A stretch of DNA of 64,000 bases from Octopus sinensis (taxonomy: Eukaryota). Below, in pieces: positions 26,960-38,899 of this stretch; position 1 is the first letter of the stretch; every line of letters begins with the position of its first letter. The translations under genes were made by a program, and so were the position numbers. The notes beneath the pieces were generated by a model. That model was not told the DNA's origin, searched no databases, and saw only the letters and a list, made by a program, of their open reading frames with translations. The stretch lies in the NCBI RefSeq assembly GCF_006345805.1, contig NW_021835988.1, forward strand, positions 62,001-126,000, given 5' to 3'.

Positions 26960-27650
26960 TTTTCTTCTGCTTTCGAAGTTTAGACTGCATCTGGCTTGCC
27001 ATCTCCGAGATGGATCATTCTCAAAAAAGTTGGGATTCCATTCGATGTAAAGAAATCTGAAATCAAGCGCCAATCAAATCGAACTCGCCTCACTAAACGC
27101 CGCCGCGCAACCACACGTAGGAAACTAGTTAAATTCCGTCCCACTATCCTCAGCCTGTTTAATTTTGATGATGAGTCAGTTCGGCTCGGTACCTGTCTAG
27201 GACAAAATCTCTTTAAACCATTGGTTGATAATTAATGTGTTAATAGATTAATCGTCCTGACGGACCGCTAAACTGTTCCTCTGAGAACGGCAATCGAAAA
27301 CCGCTGGAAAAGCCAGTCCACCTCGCATGAAGATTTTGTCCCCAGGCTTGCGGAGGAAGTTTTCCGTCTTTAGACCAAGAGAACCCGACGTCTCTTCCGC
27401 TATCGGCATCACGAAGAAATCATCCGTAAGGGCGGAACATTTGGTTAGGTTTAAATCTTCAGCCTTCTTAGCAGCAGATTTAGCCTCCAGAGCAGAGGAA
27501 GTTAGTTGTGAAGCAAAAAATGTATCCCAACAGGTTGCGTCCCATACGATAACTTTTCCGATTTTAAAAAGAAATAAGGTTATCCGTCAGGACGTTTCCC
27601 GTCATGGTTTGAGGACCGAAAGAAATCCTGACGAATTAAGGACTCTTCAT
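26960..27650. mobile_element. Convergent pair of degenerate CRE-like fragments
   Basis: Plus: LNAAAQPHVG..DDESVRLGTCLG; minus: IVWDATCWDTF..PIAEETSG..FQRFSIAVLRG. Confidence 0.75.
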
Positions 27651-27769
27651 ATGATCGCATCTTTTTAAATAACAGTAATTAAAAAAAGTGAAAAAGCCTG
27701 CAGAACAGACACAAAAAATAGCATACTTTAAGGTAATTGGACCAATTTTGGAAAAAAAAATATATTTTC

Positions 27770-28140
27770 CAGGAAGAGTTCAGCTACAGCAAATTTCGAA
27801 CATAATAACTTCAATAATAACCGTCTTATTTACAGTTGAGATGTTTCTTAAGTTATTTGCTTTTGGATTCACAAACTATTTTACCACGTTTTGGACAATC
27901 CTTGATTTTTTCAACGTTGTTGTAAGTTTTTTTTAAATTGACCTGTCTTTAAGATTTCGTGGGTAACTTTCAATAATATATTTTCTTCTACATCTTCTCT
28001 GAAGTCGTTCAGATCCTTAAGAGCAATTCGTCCTCTTTGTGTGATATCTCGATGGGAAGGAATGCAAGTAAATAAACTTTAATTCAGATGTTAGATCGTT
28101 GTCAATTCAATTAAATTTTCATTACCTTCAATTGCAAATT
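27770..28140 (+). pseudogene. Voltage-gated sodium channel (Nav2-like) domain III S2-S5 fragment
   Basis: FTVEMFLKLFAFGFTNYFTTFWTILDF, FRSLRAIRPLCVISRWEGMQ, IVVNSI; two micro-introns. Confidence 0.8.
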
Positions 28141-28164
28141 GGAAAAATTTTAATTTAAAATAAA

Positions 28165-31141
28165 AGGCTGTTAGTGAGGGTATAATTAAGACCTTCGGCA
28201 TTTCTGCCTTTTCAGTCCCGCACACACGCTCGCCTCTCAGCCGCAAACTAAGACTTACCGTCTTACCTGCCACCCTGACATTATCTTTTCTAAGACCTCA
28301 GGGAGGCCTTTGAGGGACAATTCCTAGGTGTCTGTGAGCTCCACTCGCCATCGTAAGCCATGGGCTAGCCGGATGGCTCGTCTTCTGACTTTCTTGAGCG
28401 CGTCAACGTACTTCTCTCGCTCCTCACAGAAGTGCCAGGCATGTACGCCATAGGTCAACACGGGTAACACCATGGCGTTAAACACACGTAGCCAAGCACC
28501 TCTCCGCAGCCGGAAAGCACGCAACGCGCCTAATCGCTGCATTGCACGCATTTTCGTACGTGCAATGTGATCATCAAACTTACCGGACGGCTTAAAGAGC
28601 ACGCCCAAATAAGTCATCCGATCAACTGCAGCAATTGCTGACCCGTTCAGCAATAACCTAGGAGCGTAATTAGTGTAACCCCTCGTCCTTTTACAGACTT
28701 TGAGAACACTGCACTTATCCGCACGCATCTTTAGACCCCTACTCCCACACCAGTTTACAAGTCCATCCACAGCAACCTGTAGCCTACGGCACGCACACTC
28801 AGGTTTCATCGAGTGATCCCAGAGGATGATGTCGTCTGCATAAATTACCATTTCAGTACGAGCATTGACTGGCATGGGCGCAGATGCCATAAAGACATTA
28901 AAAAGGGTGGGACTCAGCACAGAGCCCTGAGGGACCCCGCGAAGGACTGTTCTGACTTTAGAAAAGACCCCCTGATGCCGCACGACCTGTCCGCGAGATT
29001 CAAGGAACCCCGACAGCCAGCGCCTTAGACACGGAGAAACCCCACACGTGGCGAGGGAGCCCCGGAGGCCGTCGTGCCACACCGAGTCGAAGGCCTTTTC
29101 AATGTCAAGACTAACTAGCATACCGCATTCCTTCTTCTGGAGGGCGCACTTCATCTCAGAAGACACCTTCCATAGGCAGTCTCCACACGAACGACCCTCC
29201 CCGAAGCCCCATTGGAACTCAGGGAGGGCATCAACCACCGTCAGCTCCTCCAGGAGCCTTCGGTGCATGATCCTTTCTAAAATTTTAGATACAGCGGGAA
29301 GCAAGGAAATAGGTCTGTATCCCCCAGGGACATCATGTGGCATCCTGGGTTTTCCGATAAGGATTACCTCAGCCACTTTCCATCTAGAGGGAATCATCCC
29401 AAGTCGCAAGCTCCCGCTAAACAAGACCTGTAAGGCGGTGATCAACAACGGCGGGGCCTTCTTAAAGATGGCCATAGGGATCCGATCCAGACCCGCCGCA
29501 GTGTTCTTACTTCGGGAGATCGCTGCCAGAATCTCCGCTTCGGAAATATCGCCTGCATCGTTCCTTGATATGCCCAGCTGGCAGCGCTTGTCCCACGACA
29601 ATATCTGCTGGACAGTATCAAAGGACGATGTCTCCACGAACTGACTTCCGTCAGTTCCAGAGATGTTATCGAGGTGGGTCGAAAATATTTCAGCCACCTC
29701 AACCGGGTCCGAAACGAGGGTTCCATCAGAGCGTTTAAGGCGCACTGAATTGGCTACCTCTCTCCCCGACAGGCTCTTCAACTGTTTCCAGAAGTCCGGG
29801 AAGCGGGCGTCTACGCGTCTGCAGGCTCGCTCCCACCGTGAACTTTCGAGTTCGCGGATTTCTCTTCTGATCTCCCTCTGAAGCCGGCTAATCCAGCCAC
29901 GAAACCAAACGCGGTTTTCCTCGTAAACGCATTTGTCCCGTAGTCTGGATAGCCGGCGCTTAAACTTAATTTTATTTAAGACCCGGTATGGGAGCGTGGA
30001 ATGTGACTTACCCTGCACTGAGTTCTGTTTGAAATTATCTCGCATATAATCAGTCAGGGCAGCATTGATTCCATTATCTAACGCCTCCAACTCACGTATA
30101 TTGGCACAGGTATTCCCCACCAGAAGTGAGGGCAACCTGCTGGCCATGAACCTCTCCAGGTTGGCCCAAGAACCCGACCGGAGGTCGAAGTATCCCGGAA
30201 CCCTTTGAGGGACTGGCTCGCAGAGTTCGTGCAATAGAGGCAGATGGTCGCTTCCAATATCGGGCAATAAAATTGTTTTACTAACCCAATTTAGCATTCC
30301 AGGACTGACCAGAGCAAGCCCTAGCCAGTCTCGTCCGCCTCGCGAATCGATGTGATTTGGCTCACTTGAAGTCCGGATTTCCAGCCCGAGGTCTTCAACC
30401 AGCGTCTTCAGAGCCAAACCATGCGCATTGGTTACCCTGAAACCAAGCTCTATGTGCTTGGCATTCAGGTCTCCAACAACCATCGCCTTCGGATGCTTTC
30501 CAAAGAACTCCCGTACGTGCCAGGAACACGCCGTAAAGTTCTTCGAATACATCCCCCCTAGGTAAAATGTAAAAATGTAAAGTTACCTATACGAATCCTT
30601 ACTTGAAGGAATTCGCATAGGCTACAAAAACATAAACCTGAACTTTGCAATGCGAGGTACGGCTTGTAGAATAGTTCCCGTGCCACATATTGACCCCTGT
30701 TTCCAGGGTATGTGACAACAGTTGTAGCCATCAACTACGTACGGACCCCCCTTTACCTTCGTTTCGTTGACCACCAGAATGTCCGCACTCGTGGTGGCCA
30801 ACATCCTCTGAACGGCGTCTCCTTTACCGGACAAGGAGCGCGCGTTCGCCGATATAATGTTGAGCATCATATCGGTTCCTCGCCAAGGATCTTCTTGGCC
30901 TCAGCCATGTTGCAATGTAGCATATCTGCTACACTGCACTTCGTCGCCCTACATAATTTTAGTAGGCGCACACACAACTGCACCTCAGGACTAATGGTGT
31001 CCTGGGGAGCACGCTCGCCAGGGGGGGAGTGCGGTGGCATTTCCACGTATGGAGGACGCCTTTTCCCCCCTAGGTTTTGCTGGGCGGTATTACCTGTAGC
31101 CCACTCGGAAGGCTTAGCACGCTTCGGCATCCGAACTGACT
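28165..31141 (-). mobile_element. APE-RT LINE (I/Jockey-like), 5'-truncated, ORF2 frameshifted
   Basis: ISANARSL..VNETK, VGDLNAKH, GSDHLP, YRPISLL, LDIEKAFD, GVPQGSVLSP, YADD, YLGV; ORF1 tail overlaps ORF2 start (ATGA at 30867-30870). Confidence 0.9.
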
Positions 31142-33140
31142 CTGATAGTGGGCCTTGGTACTATAATATTGACAGAGGGATAATCTTCGTTACAGCAGTA
31201 TTAATGTTTTTATAATTTTTTAGTTATTCTGTTGTTTTGGTACACTACTCAATGCTTATTGTGCTTATATATCGTATGTAGACGTATATGTATAAAATAA
31301 TGGACTTTTTAACGTTTTTGGTCTTTTTTATTTTGATTTAATTAAAATATTCAAACATAGATATTAATAGATAATTTTGTTACTACAATCAATGTGGTAT
31401 AACCACCGATTAGAATGAAAATTGGTTATTTTTATTAAAAATGATAAAATATTTAAACAGTTTGATATAAGATTATTTAAACAGTTTTAAAAAATTATTC
31501 GACTAGGCTAAGGGCAGTCTCTAGCTGATTCTGGTGATTTTCTGAGAAAGTAAAAACGACCACAAACCTGTTCCATCAAAATATGTCAGCGCACGAGGGA
31601 ATTTTGTATTGAATAGCTTTTTTGGGAACATGGCTGGACTCAACTCAAAGTCGACCTCATCCTCAGGGAAAGACAGAGACTCTGAATTGTCCTGTCGTGT
31701 ATAAGACAAACAAGTGATTCCATGTCGTATAGTGTGGATAAATGCTCCCATATCTCTGCTGGGGAGACTTGAGAGTTGATGGGGCATATTTGGTTGTACT
31801 TTTTGCAGGCAAATATCATTCGAAAATGTTTATTAACTCCTTTTATTAAGGATATGTTATTACCTACTGGCTTGGTTCCCTTTAGTGCTGAGAATAAATA
31901 TATTTCGTTCTTCCGGTCAAGTAATGTCCTTTCAACCATGACACACAAAGAATAACTTATTTAAATGATAATTTATTATTTTTTATACATAAATAATTTA
32001 TTGTCGTAAATCATGGATAAAGGCAGCAGTGAGATTTATTGCGATTCCTAAGGTTTCAAATGTGAAGAAGGGTACGCGTTATGGAAAAGAGATTTTTCCA
32101 TTTGAACTAATTAAAAAATCGTCAATAAGAGAAACATATCCTGTCCCGTTGAGCGCTTTCATTTTTTGTGTCTATGTCGACGAATTATAAAACAACAGAA
32201 AGTCTTTTTATCGAATTATGTAAGAAACGGTATTAGAAAATCATGTTTATATTTCATTAGCAAAAACTAATTGTCTACAAAGAAAGCGACAAGAAAAGTA
32301 AATCCTTTGAAAAGAACTAAAGTTTTCAAAATTTTTGGTCTTAGAAATAATTTATAAAAACCTCTAAAAATTTTGAATTGACTGAATTTTCTTCTGCTTT
32401 CGAAGTTTAGACTACATCTGCCCTTGCCATCTCCGAGATGAATGGTTCTCATAAAAGTTGGGATTCCATTGATGTAAAGAAATCGTGAAATCCCTGAAAT
32501 CAAGCGCCAATCAAATCAAACTCGCCTCACTAAACGCAGCCGCACAACCACACGTAGGGGACTGGTTAGATTCCGTCCCACTATCCTCAGCCGGTTTACT
32601 TTTGGATGATGAGTCAGTTCGGTTTCGTACCTGTTTAGGACAAAATCTCTTTAAACCATTGGTTGATAATTAATGTGTTAAGAGATTAATCGGACTGACG
32701 GATCGCCAAACAGTTCCCCCTGAGAACGGCAATCGAAAACCGCTGGAAAAGCCATCCACCTTGCATGAAGATTTTTTCCCCAAGCTTGCGTAGGAAGTTT
32801 TCCGTTTTTAGACCAAGAGAACCCGACGTTTCTACTGCTATCGGGATCACGAAAAACTCATTCGTGAGGTGAAACATTTGGTTAGGTTTAAATCTTCAGC
32901 AGCAGATTTAGCTTCCAGAGGAAGTTAGCTGTGATGCAGAAAATGTATCCAAACAGGTTGCGTCACATACGATACCTTCTCTAATTTTAAAAGGGAATAA
33001 GGTCATCCGTCAGGACGTTTCCCGTCATGGTTTGAGGACCAAAGGAAATCACGCCGAATTAGAGGTGCTGCATATGAAAAGTAAAAAAGCCTGCAGAACA
33101 GACACAAAAATTAACACATTTTAAGGTAATTGGACCAATT
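31142..33140 (+). repeat. Segmental duplicate of 24631-27750 (lacking ~25460-26550)
   Basis: Near-identical runs: CTGATAGTGGGCCTTGGTAC.., MRGBP, paired CRE fragments, AAAAAGCCTGCAGAACAGACAC. Confidence 0.9.
31521..31939 (-). CDS. MRGBP: MRG-binding protein (NuA4 subunit Eaf7), 24-nt and 20-nt introns
   Basis: MVERTLL..EIYLFSALKGTKPVGVNKHFRMI..IWEHLSTLYDMESLDNSESLSFPEDE. Confidence 0.82.
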
Positions 33141-33379
33141 TCGGATATTTTGCCTAGTTCATAAAACAATTTAAGAAATTTAATAACTGGATGAATTTAT
33201 TATCGCTTTAAAAATACCCTTTTATATCTAATTAACATTTAAAATTTTAAAAATTTAAATAAAACATTGAAGGAATTTAACAAATAAATAATTATAATTT
33301 AAAGCCTAAAGATAAGTCTGAATTTAAAAGAACGCCTTTTCATTATTCTTTATGATCATTTTCAGTTGAATGTACTTCT

Positions 33380-34170
33380 ATTTTTGACAATTTTTTAGAC
33401 CGTTTTCATATGTGAATTCCCTTCCCTTTGAGAAAATTGTATATTTTTTTTGCCAAAGTTATTGCGGAATGTTATATATAGTAGAGATGAAAATCCAGAT
33501 TTGCATAGCAAATTTGTTGCATATAATATCAGAACTTGCAGTGCTTTCTTTGAAGTTTCGGAAACACTTCTTGCAAACCGCACCAAAAAACCTCCAAATA
33601 ATTTTAGTCGTGCATTTTCAGTGATGTAGATGTTTGCAATTCAATCAAATCGTCTTTAACTTCGTTTCTATTATCCATCTTTTCCATTTTGAAAACAAAT
33701 GGATTAACGATCCAGGTATCAGAATCAATAGCAACTTTATCCAACGTTGGAAAAATGGCAAAATTATTGTCTTGAATACGGAAAGTCTATAACAAAAGTT
33801 TATTCCTGAAGGCATTTATATTGTCAGAATCATTCATAATGCTTATCCCTTTCCTTGAATTAAAAAATTCAACTCGTTAAGGTGATTGAAAATGTCAGCC
33901 AAATATGCCATAAAAATAACAAAATCAGGAGATTTGAAACAATCAAATAGTTCAGAGTTTTTTTCAAATAGAAATTGCTTGATTTCAAGTCTGAGAATAT
34001 AAAATCTTGTTAAGGCACGACCTCTTTAAAGCCATCTAACATCAGTATGATACAAAAGAACAGTGGCGTCAGCATCATAATCAATACATAATGTTTTGAA
34101 CAATCTATGATTCAAAGCTCTTCCTCGAATAGTATTTGTGACTTGAGTATCAAATTTTTAAAGATTACTG
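33380..34170 (-). pseudogene. hAT (Buster/ZBED5-like) transposase remnant
   Basis: LLYHTDVRWL, MAYLADIFNHLNEL, WIVNPF, ATNLLCKSGFSSL. Confidence 0.8.
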
Positions 34171-34499
34171 GAAAATAAATTTTGGGAAGATTTTTTTAGG
34201 CAGACTACACTTGTAAAAAATCGAGCATTTTACAATAATCAATGAAAAGTATTGTAGATTTACGATTAATGAAAATGTTGTATTTTAAATCATGAAATCA
34301 TCTGACATGAGTGATTTTAAACTCCCATTTGTTAAATACTTTTTTGAATTATTATGAGTTTTTACTCTTATTTAAGATTTACACCAATTTTTGTTGGCAT
34401 ACTATAATCTTTGACGATAAACTAAATAAACTATAAAATAATTAGACATGTTTTTATTTTTTTAAATACAAAAAAATTTTTAGCCAACAAAAAAATCAT

Positions 34500-36303
34500 A
34501 TAATCTTTTTAAGTCTTTTTGAGTGTATCTTTTTATGCATTCCTTCCCTGGTGCATATCATGACAAAATTATTAGATAACTTTTCAATGATTTTTACAGG
34601 TGAAGAATATGGGCTCTCAAATTTTTCTAATCTGAGAGATGGATTTGTCCCATAATCTTTTTGAATTCTTGCCTTTGAAATAACAAAAAATAACGTATAC
34701 AGTATCTCCTGCTTTCAAATCGTACTTAGAACGATGAACACCCATTCTTTTGTTCATTCGTTTGAAATAACGCGAGTCCAAATTAACCGGAACAAAATTA
34801 AAATCGAATGATTTTTCTGGCTCTTCATTAGTAGTTACAACATCTAAAAATATTTTCTATCTTGAATCAAACTATCGTCTTCGTTGTCATCAACTTGAGC
34901 ATCATGGACAACCGGATTAAAACCAAATATTCCATGATATCGCACATCTATATTATAGTTTTTATTTATAGCACCTGTCGAAGAATGCGTTTTTAAAATC
35001 ATTGTGCCGACTTCTGGCTCATCATTAGTAGTTATAAAATCTAAAAAAATTTTTTTTGAATTAAACTATCGTCTCTGTTGTCATCAACTTGTGCATCATA
35101 GACAATTGGATTAAAACCAGGTATTCCACGATATCGCATAAATGGTGTTTCATCTATATTATAGTTTTTATTTATAGCACCTGTCGAAGAATGTTTTGTC
35201 AGATTATACACATAAACCGCTTTCCTGATATGCTTAATCCAAGTTTTGTTCTGGTCTTCAAACATCATTTTTGACAAAGATCTCGAAATTGTCTGATTAA
35301 ACCGTTCTAAAAATCTCGAAATCGTCTGACTAAACCTATAATCCCCTGACTTTTAGGGTGATTAGGTCGTCCATGGATTTGTTTAACGTTATATTCCGCA
35401 AAAAGATTCGAAATGTGGGAATTTTTAAATTCCTTTCCATTGTCGGACTGAAAAAATTCACAAGGTCCGTAGTCCATAAAAATTTCTTCAAGATTTTTCG
35501 CTACTTCTACACCTGATTTGTTTTTTAAATTGCGTGTAATAGCATATTTGCTATATACATCAATGACTGTTAATAGCCACGTATATGAGTCATTATTATT
35601 CTTAAATCTATTAAATAACTTCATTAAAATGAATGCCTTTTAAGATCTATTAAGTCCATTTGAAATCTTCTGTGGGGTCTGTCTGCAATAACATGAAATT
35701 CAGAATCCGATTGTTTAAGGGGTGTGGAAAAGCGGCAAACGTCACAGTTCGAAACAACTTCACGAATGATATCTCTTTTGATTATGAAAAATCGTTCTTT
35801 GCATAGGTTCTCCAATGCGTTATGCCCACAATGATTGATTTTATGTAACTGTTCGGCAAGCATTCTCATTTGTTTAGTATCGTCCAACGAAATCACTAAT
35901 TTGTTAATGTTTCCATCTTTCAGATAAAGGTGTCCCTGAATAAACACAAAAGATTCGGCTTTCTTAATAAGCCTTCGTCTCCGGAATCTGTCATCTGTCT
36001 GTGGAATCTCCCCAGACAGGACTTTCTTTAATTCCTGATATTCAAATTGATCTTGAATAAAGCATCTTTGGTTCGATTGTGACATTGTTACAACAAAACG
36101 AAACTAAGCGTGCAACGGTATTAAAAATGTTGTATGATTCTGGTACGCCGTATAAATTATATTAGATAGATTTTATATATTATATATATTGGAATATTAT
36201 CTCAATGGTACTAACGTTATTTGATATTTTTTGTTCCATTTAATAGCTTTTAAAAAAGTCGATATGTGCGGCTCGCGCTCGCGTGCGCGTCGCGCTCGCG
36301 ACA
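34500..36303 (-). mobile_element. Ginger-like integrase-only DNA transposon with micro-introns
   Basis: LHKINHCGH..CDVC zinc finger, FQMDLIDLK, VIDVYSKY, QSDNGKEF, SQGIIER after splicing; terminus TGTCGCGAGC.. at 36303; no RT or RNase H. Confidence 0.8.
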
Positions 36304-36339
36304 TACTATAATCTTTGACGATAAACTAAATAAACTATT

Positions 36340-37075
36340 TCACTAATCACGTTGTTCTGATGCCTAACAAAGTCAGAGTCAGGCGATAGTTGAAAAATTT
36401 AATCAAACAATCACAAGGAGTTTATCCAAATTGATGGCTTCGGATGATAAAAAAGAGTGGATAAAACACATTTGAAATGCTGTGTTTTTGTACAATCAGA
36501 GAGCTCATTGATCCACATGTAAATTGGATTTTTTATTTTCTAGGCGTTAGTCCATTCCAAAGATATCATGGTATTCCTGGATTCAACACTGTTGTTGAAT
36601 TAGGTGTTGAGGAAAATCCAAAAAGTTTTGATATAGAAGAATTGGAAGTTGTAAAAATCCCGATATTTATAATAAAGGTTTTTATTGTTACTTATTAGTA
36701 AAGATGATGAGTACCGGTTTAATTTTGAGAGGATGAATTTGCAGTCTTCATATTATAGAAGAATGAATAGGAATAGAAATTGTCAAGTCTATAAATTTTC
36801 ACGTCCTTTAAAAGTTTTCAGCATTTTTTATTGTAGATTGGAGATATAAATCACCATGTGTTTGCTTCCTGTCCTAATGAACGGTTTCAGATAGATCTTA
36901 TAGACTTAAAAAGATTTTCAACTGTTAATCATGATTTTAAATGCATTTTAGCGGTCATTTATGTCTATAGCAGGTTGGTTAGTTAAAAGAATCATTATAG
37001 ATTTGCCTTCCCCAGGCCTCTTTATAATAAGTCAGGCAAAGAAGTATCGGAAAATTTAAAATCATTATTTTAAAA
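36340..37075 (+). pseudogene. Degenerate Ginger-like integrase pieces in permuted order
   Basis: IVEKFNQTITR..GVSPFQRYHGIPGFN precedes PNERFQIDLIDLKRF..NKSGKEVSENL. Confidence 0.7.
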
Positions 37076-37119
37076 TCATCTTTTTTTCATCAAATTTTAA
37101 TTAAATATTACACACGCTA

Positions 37120-38401
37120 TATACTATGGATTGTTCACGTTTGGTTTTCCAAAACAAAAGAAGTTATATAAGAAATAACAATGAATATGATCAAATCAAG
37201 TCGATTCTCCAAGGGATCGATGTAAAGACAAGAAATAGATATCAGGAAAGAAGGCTTTTGACCAAGTCAAAATCTTTTATTTAAATGACTGCCTTTATTA
37301 TCGTGTTGAAAACGGGAGTCACAAATTAGTTATTACTTCTGATGATCATGAAAAAATGAGAAGACTTTGTCAAGGAATTCACGAAGTTAGCCATTCCTGT
37401 CAAAATGAACTTGAGAGATTGTGTAGGCAAAGATTTTTTTTATTAAACGTGAAATCGTCCGTGATGTTGTTATCAACTGTGACATTTGCCGCTTTTCTGG
37501 ACCTTTAAAGGACCATGATACAGAATTTCACGTTTTTGCTAATAAACCAAATGAAAGGTTTCAAATGGATTTAATCAATCTTAAAAGGTGCTTTTTCTGA
37601 TTATTTTAGATTTTCGAGTTCCAATGATTCTTTTTCATGGCTGTTAACTTGTATTGATGTATACAGCAAATATGGATTCACAAGAAAGCTAAAAAATAAA
37701 TCTGGACTCGAGGTTTCAAAAAATATTCAAGATATATTTATCGAGCATGGACCATCTCTATATCTAGAAACAGATAATGGGACAGAGTTCAAGAATTCTT
37801 ACCTTACTGACTTGTGTGGAAAATACAACATTCTCCAAATTCACGGAAGGCCTAACAATCCACGCAGTCAAGGGATCATTGAGCGTTTCAACCAAACGAT
37901 TACGCGCAAAATCTCGAAAATGTTATCTGAGGATAGTACCAAAAAGTGGATTAACTGTATTGGAGATGGCTCAAAAGATAAAATTCAAATTCATCGGCTT
38001 AAAAAGAAAATTAATTAATTTTTTGAATTTTTATTAAAAATTTGTTTCAATTTGAGAGTTAAACACCGATATCGCAGTGTGAAACTTTTTGTAAAAAAGG
38101 TAAGAACTTAATAAAAATTCAAGTTCCAGTAGCATAATGAATCATCTTTTTTGTATTTGAGTTTTTTGTAAAATTTATTAAATGACATAAAAACAGATAA
38201 TAGATAATAAAATTAAAAATAATTACAATATTAAATTTATAAGCTAATTTTAACCTCATATTATATTTTATTATTTCAGTATAAAAGTTTTGGTAGAATT
38301 TTTTATCTGGTGCTGATCTTTTGTATAATTATTATCAATCATTATTTATTAGCGAATCAATAATGTGCGCTCAGGGCGTAGGGCGCGTTGTGCATGTGAC
38401 A
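37120..38401 (+). mobile_element. Second Ginger-like integrase element, disrupted
   Basis: IHEVSH..CDIC, FQMDLINLK, TDNG.EF, GRPNNPRSQGIIERFNQT; 3' terminus ..CATGTGACA homologous to the 36303 end. Confidence 0.78.
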
Positions 38402-38899
38402 TAATATTTTGACAATTTTTTAGACCGTTTTCACATGTGAATTTCCTTTGAAAAAATTTGATATTTTTTTACCAAAGTTATGTCGGAATATAGTAAAGAT
38501 GAAAATCTAGATTCGCATAGCAAAATTGTTGCATATGGTATCAGAACTTGCAGTGCTTAATTAAATTAATTATTTTTGTAGTTGATAAATCAATAATAAG
38601 ATTTACTGATTTATTTTACTAAAACGTGATAAAATGACGCCGACTTTAGAATTGAGAAATACACTCAACGTCAAAAATTAATGGACCATCTTACAGAAAG
38701 ACAACTCATCTTCTTAACGATGGCAAGATCTACCGGATTTTCTTTTTTGTTTAATAAAAAATTTCGTGAAAAACAATCAACAAAATTTTTTGAACAAATT
38801 TTTTCTGCTCAAAGATAGTAAGATACACAATTTACCTCAATATTTGTGATCCGTTAGATCAGCGGTTCTCAAATGCGGCCCCTCTAGAGTAACTAACCA

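Noticed and set aside
30556-30590. GT..AG segment in the LINE as an intron
   Set aside because: Better explained by an 8-nt duplication; removing it restores GNFTFYLGGMY, and LINEs lose introns on retrotransposition
30712-31215. 167-aa LINE-antisense/MARVEL fusion ORF as a new gene
   Set aside because: Chance read-through across the duplication junction; no evidence of expression
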